This document shows positions 13,138 to 26,000 of a DNA stretch of 64,000 nucleotides, piece by piece. The notes beneath the pieces were generated by a model. That model ran no database searches, was not told the DNA's origin, and saw only the letters and a list, made by a program, of their open reading frames with translations. The position numbers were made by a program, and so were the translations under genes. This DNA comes from the human T2T-CHM13v2.0 reference genome, Homo sapiens: assembly GCF_009914755.1 (NCBI RefSeq), contig NC_060930.1, one strand, 5' to 3'. Each line of letters opens with the position of its first letter. Position 1 is the stretch's first letter.

Positions 13138-14159
13138 TAGTGAGGAAACTGAGGCCCAGAGAGGGACAGTGGCATGCCCAAGCCCACAGGAACAACTTAC
13201 TCGTCATCCCTTGGAACGGCCTGCTTGCTGCTGCTGTGAATGAGAGCATGCCAGGATTCTTGCTATGAAGCCTTTATTTAAAAAAAAAAACAACCCAACA
13301 AATCAATATGCTTTATATAATTTTTGTTCATCTCTTGGAAAGATGCAATGTGGCAGTTAAGTCCACTGTCAATATTTTTATGAACTCTGTGGAAAATATG
13401 ATGTTAAAGGCTTTTGGTAACCACTTCATTAAGCTTGGCTTTTTCTAGGCCACCACAAAAGGTAAATAAACCCTAATGAGTAATATGCCCAGATTGAGAT
13501 CCTGTAAGCTATCCAAAGAGTCAGTGCCTCAAAGCACACTCATCCCCCTACATCAAGCCTCAGAGGAGTCTGAGAAAGGTGATCCTAGCCCTGTGCTGCA
13601 CACCAAGACCTTCAGACAAAGACTTATTAACCCACAAATTAGATACTAACTAAATAGAGCCAGAAATTCCATAAACGGAAAAGAATTGCATAGCATTAGT
13701 AATACTGTGAAGTTAGCATGCCACCAGTTGGGCTCCCAGGACAGCAGAATGCCCTGGTAACCAGCACATAGAGATTAATGGGGCTGCTGGGCCTAACAAT
13801 GACCCCAGGCCTTACTCTTTCATTCCTTCCACAAATTAAATGCTAGGTATTGGGGATTCAATAGTGATTAAGACAAAGTTCCTGCCTTTCAGGAGCTCAT
13901 TGTATTTTGGGGAGAAATTGGACTACAAGGAAACAGACTTGTCATCTGGGGGTGCAATGGGATGTATGGTGAGTGAATGTCCCATACTGGGGAGCAGGGT
14001 CAGGAATATATCCTTGGAAGGACTGCAGAGTTGAAGGAAAGAGCTCATCTTTAAAACAGGAGAAACTTGAGTGTTATTTACAGATGATGGGAAAAGCCAA
14101 CAGAAAGAGAAAGAATTGAGGTCAGTTATTGGCCTGAGTTTCCTAAGAAGGTATAAGAG

Positions 14160-14629
<470 letters not shown>

Positions 14630-15124
14630 CTAGGAGGTGTGACATCATCTAAGAGTGTAGGGGGCAGTGAAGAGGAAGAGGGCTTCATGAAAGGGGAAAG
14701 TTTAACAAAGTGCCAGGAAGAACTGACATGGGATTTACTGTGTCATAGAGGATGTCTACTGGGAGGTGGTGGGGGCCCAGCTGTCACCAGCGACCATGAA
14801 AGAAAAGTAGCCTCACAATGAATGGTTGGGTGGGTTTCTCCAGAAGTCCCCAGCAGCACGAGTATAGGAGCAAAGAAGGCTGGCTCCATTTACGATCAGT
14901 TTTTCCAGGTAAATATGAGGGCAAAAACATCAGGCCAAGGAATTAAGAGTTCTTGTAAGACAGGCTGAAGTGATGGCATATAATGAAGGGAGTGGAGATA
15001 GAAGGGGCTGATAGAGTGGAGAAAATGAAGTAGCTAAGGGTCTGCAGGTCTTAATAAGGTTAAAAACAGATGCTGTGAGATTAGTGGAGGAAAATGCTAG
15101 AAGCACAGTGATCCTTACTGGACT

Positions 15125-15865
15125 GTGAAAACTTCAGTTCCAGGTAATGGTGAGCTAGGTTATTTGGATCAACTGCCTGCTGAAAACAATCAAGAATGCT
15201 GCATAAAACATAAAAACATCTTAAAGGTAACAAGAGCTGACAAAATCCTAAGGAATTACCAGGCCATTGTTGAAGGGAAAAAAAGAAGCCAATGAGCACA
15301 GAATCTGCTTTTGCCCTGACGAATTCTGACATCTTAGCAAATCTGAAGTTTTGTTTTGTCTACCAAAATCAAAATCAAAGGCCAGTACAAAGTGTAGGAG
15401 TCTAATAGGAGGCCTCTGGCACTATAAGCTGGGCCTCCTAAGACTATTTCCTCTAAAGTAGGAGGTGAACTGAATTAAACCAATTCTTACATAGTTTTGC
15501 AGCTCAGATTTGTACCACCTAAGTTGGCCAGGGAAATTCAAATCTTGATTTTGGATTAAGGTGAGATTTCCAGACACATATCCTCTATAAACAATTTTTC
15601 AATCATAATAGCCAGCACACAGTCAAAAATAACTAAATATACTTAGAAATCAGATACAATGAGGAACCCACAGATGTAACAGACCCATAGATTTCAGATA
15701 TTGGTATTATTAGATACAGACTACGAAAAACTATGCTTGCTATGATTAAAGAAATAAAAGATCAGTCCTGCAGGGAACAGGAAACCATAAAAAATGACAT
15801 AGCAGATTTGAAAATCAAATGGAATTCTTAGAACTGAAAAATACAATAATCAAAGTAAAGAATGA
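15125..15865 (+). mobile_element. Ancient L1M (L1ME-like) 5'UTR/ORF1 fragment
   Basis: A-rich ORF1-type sequence CAGATATTGGTATTATTAGATACAGAC..AAAGAAATAAAAG..GAACTGAAAAATACAATAA. Confidence 0.65.
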
Positions 15866-16252
15866 TGTTGGTTTTTGAGGTTTCTGAGATAGAGCAGTTG
15901 CTAGTGTTGATATCCAAAGTGTGGCCAGTGGGAGTTTGCAGCTGAAGTGGAGTGGAGGAGTCATTCAAGGGAGTTGAAGTGATGCAGAAACTGGGAGGCT
16001 AAAGGGTTGGGGGGATTTTTCACGTGGCCTGTGAAGTCATCCAAAATTATGGTAGGACTTGGGGCAGGGAGACAGGTGCCCGAGATATCACTGGATGAGG
16101 GGAAGTTTAGCAGACAGAGATGAAGAGAGAGAGTAGTCTTGACAAATGAGATTAAAACATAATGGAGTAAGGAATTCCAGCAGGAGTGAAGAAGTAATCT
16201 GGAAATGGGACTGAGGAGTGAGAAGGATGGATCCCATCTCTCTGCCAAGAAC

Positions 16253-16752
16253 TGTAAATGGTCTGGGATTTTACGCTACTTACAAGCTAAGAGCTGAGCC
16301 TGCCGCAGCTTTATGGATGCTGGCAGAAGACTTGAGGCTCAGGTCAGAGATGAAGTTCAGTATATTACTCATGGCAATGGTAGCAGCCAGAGTATCTGCA
16401 TTTGTATTGATTCTTTGAGTTGCAATCCCTACAGGAGGATGTAAAGAAAGTCAAGTTATACCCACATGTGAAGTGGGTTAATTTTTAAGGACAGGAATCC
16501 TGAATTTATGGACTCTGAATCTTTTATAATAAGCAGTAAATCAGCCTGCTGTTTGCTCTGGAGGGAGACATTATCTTTATTACACTGGTCAGTAAGCGTA
16601 TCTGCCATTTGCTCCTGAAGAGACACTGTCTCCATCTTCGAAGCCTAATCATCATACAACCACCTTGAAAAGAAAGTCTAAAGTGAAGGTAACCAATACC
16701 TCTGCTGGCAAGAAGTGGTAAAATGTGAGAGACCTACAGAGAATTCTCAACA
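16253..16752 (-). mobile_element. ERVL-class solo LTR (LTR40-like, tentative)
   Basis: TG...CA ends, 500 bp; GGATTTTACGCTACTTACAAGCTAA..GGATGCTGGCAGAAGAC..CTCTGGAGGGAGACATTATCT. Confidence 0.55.
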
Positions 16753-16980
16753 CTTTTCAGCCCAGGTCTACTGGTTTTGAGGATAAATGGTTTTTATTTG
16801 CCAGAGTTTAAAGGAAGTGGTATCCTCAGAGGCCAGCAGCATTTTAGGTAGAGCCAGGAGGTAGGATATATTCTATGAGAAAGTTAAGAATTTAGAAAAT
16901 TTGTTCCTACTCACTAAAAAGAGAAGTGCTTGGATCATTACAAATAAAAATTTGTACCAAAATTCTGTTTAGTACAACAT

Positions 16981-17058
16981 AATACTGTATTCAACACTCA
17001 ACACTGTATTCAATACAGTATTCAACACCATGTTCAATACAGTATTCAACACTGTATT
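16981..17058. repeat. Degenerate ~12-bp tandem repeat (TTCAACACTGTA/TTCAATACAGTA)
   Basis: About 6 units read directly. Confidence 0.8.
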
Positions 17059-17564
17059 GTAGTGCATTCCAGAAAAGACAGAATGAAGAAGGGCCTGGGC
17101 ACTGGGTAAGGAATGAGGAGACTTGCGTGGTGGTCCAGCTCTCCATTAACAGCTGACTTTCCCCTCGTGGTCATCATTTCCTCATCTGTAAAATGAAAAG
17201 GATGGAGATAGTTAATAGTTTTGAAATCTCTTTTTAGCTCTGTTGATATAAGATTTTCATGCTTAGAAAATTGGCAATATAAATATAATACCTTTAGAAA
17301 TTCCCTATTAGCCAGAAAACCCTACTTTCTAGGACAGAGTTTACTAAAAAGACAACAAAGAAGAAGATAGTAGTGATAAGAATGACTATCAAATAGTAGA
17401 TGGAAACCATGGCTCCCAGCCTAGTGCTGCGCTTTGTCTGCTTTGGACGCCAGAACTATCCATGGATATTATTGCTTAGAGAGTAAATTAGTTTTAACTT
17501 TCTGGAGAGGCTGACTGACCAACCCTGATTTCCTAATGCACAAGCAGACACTTAGAGTCTCAGA

Positions 17565-18375
17565 GAGGCAGCATGTGTCAGAGAATGAATGTGGGCTCTG
17601 GAGTCCAACAGACCTGGGAATAAATCCAGACTCTTCCACTTGCAGGCCATGGGACTAGAGTGTTACTATTTTGTGGCCTGCCCCATATCCCTCTCTTTTG
17701 GGAGCTGCACACTGACTTTCTGGAGCTTGCCCATACCCTACTCTATCCATGCGGTTCCTGTGGGAAGTGACACATTCTCACATGACCACGCCCACTGGAC
17801 ACAGTTAATTGGTTAAGGGGCAGGTATCTGGCCCAGGCTGAGCCAATCAGAGCCTTTCCCTGTGATTTCTGTGATTGGAACTGAGGAGTGGCATCAGTCC
17901 TCTGTGGGCAAAGGCTGAAGATGACAGGCATGTGAGAATATAGGCAGACACACTCCCTGCCATGTGCAGAAAGCCAGTCTGCAGTGAGAGCAAAGATGAG
18001 AGGTGGAGAAACAGGCCTGGTGGCGTCTGAGACACTGCTTCTAGTTGTTCTGAGGCTTGGCTGCCCCTTGCCTTTCCCATGCATGGTTTGGTTCTTAAAC
18101 AGTTTGTTGTATTTCCGGAACCATCAAGTGTCCCTTTTTGTGTAAGGTTGTCCAAGTTGGCTTTGAACATTTGCAACCAAAAGAGGTCTGACTCATTTAG
18201 AAATCCTGGGCAAATCGCCCTCGCAGTTCCTCCATTTCCTGATTTATAAAATGGTAAAAATTGGGATCAAAATGTATAGTATAGCCGTAGGGGTAGCTGA
18301 GAAGATTAAGTGACATAACATATGAGAAAACCTGGCACTGTGCCTTGCCAGTAGGGGAGCTTAAGAAATATTATT
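17565..18375 (+). mobile_element. MIR split by an MLT1J/K-like LTR (~17661-18200)
   Basis: GGCTCTGGAGTCCAACAGACCTGGG..CCACTT | LTR with GAGCCAATCAGAG..TTGCAACCAAAAGAG | CCTGGGCAAATC..ATAAAATGG. Confidence 0.65.
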
Positions 18376-18419
18376 TTCTTTCCTCTTTGGCCTTAAAGTC
18401 ATCCAGGGTGCTATTTTTA

Positions 18420-18560
18420 AAAGCTAACATTTATTGAGCACTTATTGAGAGCCCGGCATTGTACTTGGCGTTTACAATGCATAATTGCATTTAGCCCCCA
18501 GTATAATCCTATGCAGTAGCTACTATGATCTTCATTTTACAGATGCGGAAACCATCATGA
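18420..18560 (-). mobile_element. MIR
   Basis: AGCTAACATTTATTGAGCACTTA..CATTTTACAGATGCGGAAAC. Confidence 0.8.
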
Positions 18561-18925
18561 GGGAGTGGATAAGGGGACTGTGAACTGTTCGCTGGAGTTA
18601 AGGCCTCCAGCCCCATCCCAAAGCCAGCACTGCTTGAGCCTCAGAGGAGGTGAGTTCAGACAATTAAAATACAGATGTGAGAGTAAATGTTGAGAACTTA
18701 CTACCTTGAAAAGAGATTTAGGTTGAAAACAGAAACAGTTCCGAGATGGTTTGGCTGAGGTAACTATGATGGGCTGTATGGGGTTATTAAGGGAGGCTGA
18801 GGCATTTAGAGCCCACATCTTTTGAACTTAACCTCATGGAGGAGACACTCCCGCCCTCAGCTGATGAGCATGACAGGCCCTGTCACAAGAGGTCTTAGGA
18901 CTGCCCAGAGTGGAGGGGAGGGAGA

Positions 18926-19338
18926 TGCTATGGCTTGGGTGTCTGTGTCCCTCCAAAACTCATATGTTGGTACCTAATACCCAGTGTGATAGTATTAAGA
19001 GGTGAGGCCTTTTGGGAAGAGATTAGGTCATGAGTGCTCTGCTCTCTTGAATGGATTAATGCTCTTATAAATGAGGTTGAAGGGAGTGCCAAGATGCCCT
19101 TCTACTCTTTTGCCCCTTCCACCACGTAAGGACACAGCATTTGTCCCTTCCACCACGTGAGGATGCAGCAAGAGGTGCCATCTTGAAAGCAGAGAGCAAG
19201 CCCTCACCAGATACTGAATTTGCTGGCATCTTGATCTTTGATTTCCCAGCCTCCAGAGCTGTGATAAATAAATTACTATTGTTTATAAATTTTCCAGTCT
19301 AATGTATTTAGTTATTGCAGCACAAATGGACTAAGACA
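18926..19338 (+). mobile_element. MST (MSTD-like) MaLR solo LTR
   Basis: TGCTATGG...GGACTAAGACA; 5-bp TSD GGAGA/GGAGG. Confidence 0.88.
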
Positions 19339-19553
19339 GGAGGGAAGTTCGTTCAAATCCTGTTGGTGCTAAGATGCTACCCTGTGCCTCAAGGGACACG
19401 AAGCTTGGACACAGGACAGAGGTGGGGCGGGAGCCAGGGAAGGTGAGGGGCTGAACTGGAGCAGCAACCAGGGTGGTGGTGGGGGATGGGATGAGAGAAT
19501 TTCTTAAGATTGTTTCTTGGACAGACTGAAGATAATGAATAAATTTTGCCCCA

Positions 19554-19712
19554 GAAAAAAGAGGAAGGAAAGAAGGAAGGAAGGAAGGAAAGAAAGAAGG
19601 GAGGGATGAGGGAAGGAAAGAAGGGAGGGATGAGGGAAGAAAGGAAGGAAGGAAGGAAAGAAGGGAGGAAGGGAAGGGATGAGGGAAGGAAGGAAGGAAA
19701 GAAAAAGAAAAA
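19554..19712. repeat. (GGAA/GGGA)n polypurine tract
   Basis: Direct reading. Confidence 0.95.
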
Positions 19713-20229
19713 CTAAAAATCAGACTATAATGTTTAATTATTGTTATGGTTTAGAAATAATTGTCATTTCTGATTTTGGAGGCCCAGTATGCATACATTC
19801 CAATAGATCTGTCATTGTCACAGCATTTGCGTTTACAGCTGCTTCTGTCTGGAATCTCTGTAGTTCTGGTGGTCTCCAGGAACAAAGTGTAATGATTTTG
19901 ACTTTTCAGCGGCTTGGTTTGGAGATTGGGTGGTAGAACCAACAAGGTTTGGCACTAGGAGCACTAAGTCCTGAGTTTGTATTGTAGTTCCTCTCTTAAC
20001 AGGCTGTGTGATACAAGCAACTTGCTGCTTTTCTCTTAGCTGTGCAAGGAATTGTTTCAAATAATTTTGGCAGTGGCTACCTCTGGCCCTGCTTAAGGGG
20101 AGTGGAACCCCATCTTTACCCCACTTCAAGAGCCCCCACCTTCTATCTGTTTTAGACTCTGAAGTCTGGAAAAAACATTTCAATTTTTTAAAAACGTCTT
20201 ATTTTTTGTTTTTAATTTGAAAAAAATAA

Positions 20230-21040
20230 ATTTTATTGTGTATATTTAAGGTATACAACACAATGTTATGGGAGACATATCTATAGTAAAAAGGTTACTA
20301 TAGGAAAACAAATTAATGTATTCATCACCTTATATAGTTACCCATGTTTTTTGTTTATGTGACAAGAGCAGCTAAAATGTACTTATTTAGCAGGAATTCC
20401 AAATACAATTTTATTACCTATAAATCTCATGCTGTACCTTAGAGTCCTAGACTTGTTTATCCTACATATCTGCTACTTTGTGTCTTCTGACCTACATCTT
20501 CCCATTTCCTCCTCACCTCCCACCCCAACCCCTGGTAACCACTGTTTTGTTCTCTATCTCCCTATATTTGATTTTTAAAAAAGATCCCAGGTTGGGCATG
20601 GTGGCTCACACCTGTAATCCCAGCACTTTGGGAGGCTGAGGCAGGCAGATCACCTGAGGTCAGGAGTTCGAGACCAGCCTGGCCAACATGGTGAAACCCC
20701 ATTTCTACTAAAAATACAAAAACTAGCCGGGCACAGTGGCACACACCTGTAGTCCCAGCTACTTGGGAGGCTGAGGCAGGAGAATCGCTTTAACCTGGGA
20801 GGCAGAGGTAGCAGTGAGCCGAGATCACACCATTGCATTCCAGCCTGGGCAACAAGAGTGAAACTCTGTCTCAAAAAAAAAAAAAAGAAAGAAAAGAAAA
20901 AGATTCCACATATAAGTGAGATCATGCAATATTTTCTTTCTGTGTCTGGTTTATTTCACTTAGCATAATGTCCTCCAGGCTCAGCCACATCATGGCAAAC
21001 GGCAAGGTCTCATTCTTTTTTAGGGATGAATAATATCCCA
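20230..21040 (-). mobile_element. Older L1 (L1MA8/9-like) 3' end, part 1
   Basis: TTTTATTGTGTATATTTAAGGTATACAAC..CCCTGGTAACCACTG..GATTCCACATATAAGTGAGATCATGC; continues at 28052. Confidence 0.85.
20590..20896 (+). mobile_element. AluSq
   Basis: GGCCAACATGGTGAAACC plus GGCAACAAGAGTGAAACTC; TSD AAAAAGATCCCA/AAAAAGATTCCA. Confidence 0.9.
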
Positions 21041-21042
21041 CT

Positions 21043-21108
21043 TATCTATCTAACTATCATCTATCTATCTATCTATCATCTATCTATGTATCTATCATCT
21101 ATCTATCA
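21043..21108. repeat. (TATC)n tetranucleotide microsatellite
   Basis: Direct reading. Confidence 0.9.
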
Positions 21109-21118
21109 TATTTTCTTT

Positions 21119-22986
21119 TGTTCCCTTTTACTGATTATACTTTACATATTTGTAGGGTACATATGAGAGTTTGTTACACGCATAGAATGAGTAATGATCA
21201 AGTCAGTGTATCTGGGGTATCCATCATCTTTAGTGTTTATCATTTTTATATGTTGGTATCATTTCAAATCCTCTCTTCTAGTTACTTTGAAATCTACATA
21301 ATATCATTGCTAAAGATAGTTGGCCTCGTCTGCTATCAATAATTAAAACTTATTTCTTCTATTAACTGTATGTTTGTACCTCTCTTCATCCCCTCTCCCA
21401 CCCCCTGCCACTCTTTCCAGTCTCTGGTATCTATTGTTCTATTTTCTGTGTCCATGAGATCAAGTTTTTTAGCTCCCACACATGAGTGAGAATATGCAGT
21501 GTTTGTCTTTCTGTGCCTGGCTTATTTCACTTAACACAGTGACTTCCAGTTCCATCCATGTTGCTGCAGATGTCATGATTTCATTCTTTTTATTATTATT
21601 ATTGAATAGTATTCCACTGTGTCTATGTGCCACATTTTCTTTATCCATTCATCCATTGGTGGGCACTTAGGTTGAATCCATGTCTTTGCTATTGTGAATA
21701 GTGCTGTGATAAACATGTGAATGCAGGTAACCCTTTAACATACTTATTTATTTTCTTTTGGATAGATACCCAGTAGTGGGATTGCTGGATTGTATGGTGG
21801 TTCTACTTTTAGATTTTTGAGAAATCTTCATACTGTTTTCCATAGTGGTTGTATTGATTTACATTCCCATCCATTCAACAGTGTATGAATTCCCTTTTCT
21901 CTGCATCCTCTCCAGCATCTATTCTTTTTTTGTCTTTTTAGTAATAGCTATTCGACTGGGGTGAAATGATACCTCATTGTAGTTTGGATTTGCATTTTCC
22001 TGATGATTAGTGATGTTGAGCATTTTAAAAATATATCTATTGGCTATTTGTATGTCTTCTTTTGAAAATTGTCTATTCATTTCCTTTGCCCACATTTTAA
22101 TGGGATTATTTGGTTTTTCACTGTTGAGATATTTGAGTTCCTTACATATTCTGGATATTAGTCCCCTGTCAGAAGAGTTGTTTGCAAATATTTTCTCTCA
22201 TTCAATAGGTTGTCTTTTCACTTTTTGTTTCTTTTGCTGTGCAGAAGCTTTCAAGTTTAATATAGTTCCATTTATATATTTTTTGTTTTGTTGCTTGTGC
22301 TTTTGAGGTCTTAGCCATAAAACCTTTGCCTAGACCAATGTCCTGAAGAGTTTTTCCTATGTTTTATTCTAGCAGTTTCATAGTTTTGGATCTTATATTT
22401 AGGCCTTTAATCCATCTTGAATTGACTTTTGTATACGGTGAGAGACTGGGGTTCAGTTTCATTCTTCTGCATAAGGTTGTCCAGTTTTCCCAGCACCATT
22501 TATTGAAGAGTGTGTCCTTTTCCCAGTAGATGTTCTTGGCAGCTCTGTTGAAGATCAGTTGCCTGTAAATATGTGCCTTTATTTCTGTGTTCTCTATTCT
22601 GTTCCTTTGGTCTATGTGTCTGTTTTTATATAAATACCATGCTGTTTTGGTTATTATAGGCTTGTAACAAGTTTTGAAGTTGGGTACTGTGTTGTCTCCA
22701 GTTTTGTTCTTTCTGCTCAGGATTGCTTTGGCAATTTGGGCTTTTTTGGTTTCACACAAATTTTAGGATCGTTTTTTCCAGTTCTGTCAAAATGACATTG
22801 GCATTTTGATAGAGATTACATTGAAGCTTTAGATTGATTTGCGCAGTATGGTCATTTTAACAAAATTAATTCTTTTGATCCATGAGCATGGGATATCTTT
22901 CCATTTGTTTGTGCCCTCTTCAATTTCTTTCATCAGTGTTTTCTGGTTTTCCTTATAGAGATCTTTCACCTCCTTGCTTAAATTTA

Positions 22987-23025
<39 letters not shown>

Positions 23026-26000
23026 TGTAGCTCTTGTAAATGGGATTGCCCTCTTGATTTCTATTTTGGCTATTTAATTGTTGGTGTATAGAAACTACTG
23101 ATTTTTGTATGTTGATTTTGTATCCTGCAATTTTACTGAATTTGTTTATGAGTTCTAAGAGTTTTCTGGTGGAGTCATCTGTTTTTTCTAGATATAAGAT
23201 CTTGCCACCCACAAAGAGAGAAAAGTTGACTTGCTCTTTTCCAATTTTGATGCTGTTGATTTTTCTTGCCTGATTGCTTTGGTTAGGACTTCCAGTACTA
23301 TGTTAAATAGGAGTGGTGAAAGTGGGCATCCTTGTTTTGTTCCATTTCTTAGAGGAAAGGCTTTCGACTTTTTCCTATTCAGTATGATGTTAGCTGTGAG
23401 TTTGTCATATACAGCCTTTATTATTTTGAGGTATAGTTCTTCTATGTCTAGTTTGTTGAGAGTTTTTATCATGAAGGGTGTTGAATTTTGTCAAATACCT
23501 TTTCTGTTTCTAGTGAAATGATCCCTATGGTTTTGTCCTCCATTCTGTTCATGTGATGTATCATGTTTATTGATTTGCATATGTTGCACCATCCTTGCAT
23601 CCCTGGGATAAATCTCATTTTATCTTGTTGTATTATCTTTTTGATATGCTGTTGGATTTGGATTACTAGTATTTTGTTGAGGATTTTTGCATCTATGTTC
23701 CTCAGGGATATTGGCTATAGTTTTCTTTTTTTGTTGTGCCTTGTCTGGTTTTGGTATTAGGGTAATGCTGGCCTCATAGAATGAAGGAAGATTCCTTCCT
23801 CTTTAATTTTTTTGCAACAGTTTGAGGATGATTAGTATTAGTACTTCTTTATACATTTGGTAGAATTCCACCGTGGATCCACCTGGTTCTGGGATTTTCT
23901 TTGTTGAAAGACTTTTTTTTTTTTTTTAAATTACCGATTCAATTTTCTTACTCATTATTGGTCTATTCAGGTCTTCTATTTCTTCCTGATTCAATCTTGG
24001 TAGGTTGTATGTTTCCAAGAATTTGTCAGTTTCCTCTAGGTCTTCCAGTTTGTTAGCATATAGTTGTTATAAGAGTCTCTGATGACTTCTGTATTTTGTC
24101 GTATCAGTTGTAACGTCTCCTTTTTCATTTCTGATTTTGTTTCTTTGGATCTTCTATCTTCTTGCATAGTGTAGTTAATGGTTTAAAAATTTTGTTTATC
24201 TTTTTGAAGAACCAATTTTTTTTATTGTTCTATTGTGGTTTTTTTTTAGTCTTTATTTCATTTAGTTGTGCTCTGATATTTATTGTTTCTTTCCTTCTGC
24301 TAATTTGGGGTTTTGTTTTTTCTTGCTTTTCTAGTTCCTTGAGGTGCATCTTTAGGTTGTTTATTTGAAATCTTTCTTTTTCTTTCTTTTTTTTTTTTAA
24401 ATAAAGCTATTTATTGCTGTAAACTTCTCTCTTAGCACTGCTTTTGCTGTGTCCCACTGGTTTTGGTATGTTGTGTTTCGATTTTCCATGATTCAAAAAA
24501 TTTTTTGATTTCCATCTTAATTTTTTCATCGACCAAATGGTTGTTCAGAAGCATGATGTTTAATTTCCATGTATTTATATAGTTTCCAAGGTTCCTTTTG
24601 GTATTGATTTCTAGTTTAATTTCTTTATGATCTGAGAAAATACTTGGTGTAATTTTTATTTTTTGAAATGTTTTCAGACTTGTTTTGTGGCCTAACATGT
24701 GGTCAGACCTGGAGAATGTTACATGTGCTGATGAGAAGAATATATACTCAGCAGTTGTTTGATAAAATGTTCTGTAGATGTCTGTTAGGTCCATTTGATC
24801 AACAGTCCCATTGAAGTCCAATGTTTCTTTGTAGATTTTCTATCTAGATGATCTGTCTAATGTTGAATGTGCAGTGTTAAAATCTTCTGCTATTATTGTA
24901 CTGGAGTTTCTTTCTTTCTTTAGATGTAGTAGTATTTGCTTTATGAATCTGGGTGCTCTAGTGTTGGGTGCACATATATTTAGAATTGTTATATCTCTTG
25001 CTGGGTTGATCCCTTTATCAATACATAATGACCTTCTTTGTCTTTTTTTAAACTGTTTTTGACTTAAAGTCTGTTTATCTGATATAAGTATGGCTACTTC
25101 TATTTGCTTTTGGTTTCTGTTTGCATGGAATATCTTTTTCCATCCCTTTACTTTCAGTCTATATATGTATTTCCAGGTAAAGTGAATTTCATGTAGGCAG
25201 CATATAGTTAGATTATGTTTTTTTTTAAATTCATTCAGCCAGTCTACAACTTTTAAGATCTAGAATTTAATCTGTTTACATTCAGGGTTATTACTGATAT
25301 ATGAGGTTTTTTTCCTGTCATATTGTTCATTGTTTTTTGGTTGTTTTGTATATTCTTTGTTTCTTTCTTTTTCACTTATTGATTGTCCTTGTGGTTTGCT
25401 GATTTTCTGTGGTGGTACCATTTGAGTTTTTCAAATCTTTCTCATTTTTGTGTTTGCTTTATTAGTGAATTTTATATTTGTGTGTGTTTTCACGATGACA
25501 GCTGTCAACCACTAGCTTCCAGGTTTAGGACTCCCTTGAGTATTTTTTGTAAGGCCAGTCTAGTGGTGATGAATTGCCTCAGCACTTGTCTGGGAAGGAC
25601 TTTATTTCTCCTTCATTTATGAAGGATAATTTTGCTGGATGTAGTATCTCTGCATGTCAGTTTTTTTTTTCTTTAGTACTTTAAATACATCATCCTATTC
25701 TCTCCTAGCCTATAAGGATTTTGCTGAGAAGACCACTGTTAGTGTGATGCAGCTGAGAAGACCACTGTTAGTGTGATGCAGACTCTTTTTTAAGTTACTA
25801 GATGCTTTTCTCTTGCAGTTTTTAGAATTTTCTCTGTCATTGACTTTAGACAGTTTTCCTATAACGTGTGGTGGAGACCTTTTTTGCATTGTACTTGATT
25901 GGGAATTGCTGAATATCTAAATCTCTTGCTAGACTTGAGACATTTTTATCTATTACTTTGTCAAATAGATTTTTGAACCCTTGTTCTCCCTTCATCTTTG

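Noticed and set aside
19108-19172. Internal repeat CCCTTCCACCACGT(A/G)AGGA in the MST LTR
   Set aside because: Probably reflects the MST consensus structure rather than a locus-specific event.
22364-24821. Reverse transcriptase/endonuclease ORFs as a novel RT system
   Set aside because: Ordinary frameshifted L1 ORF2 fragments within the nested L1MA; not functional.
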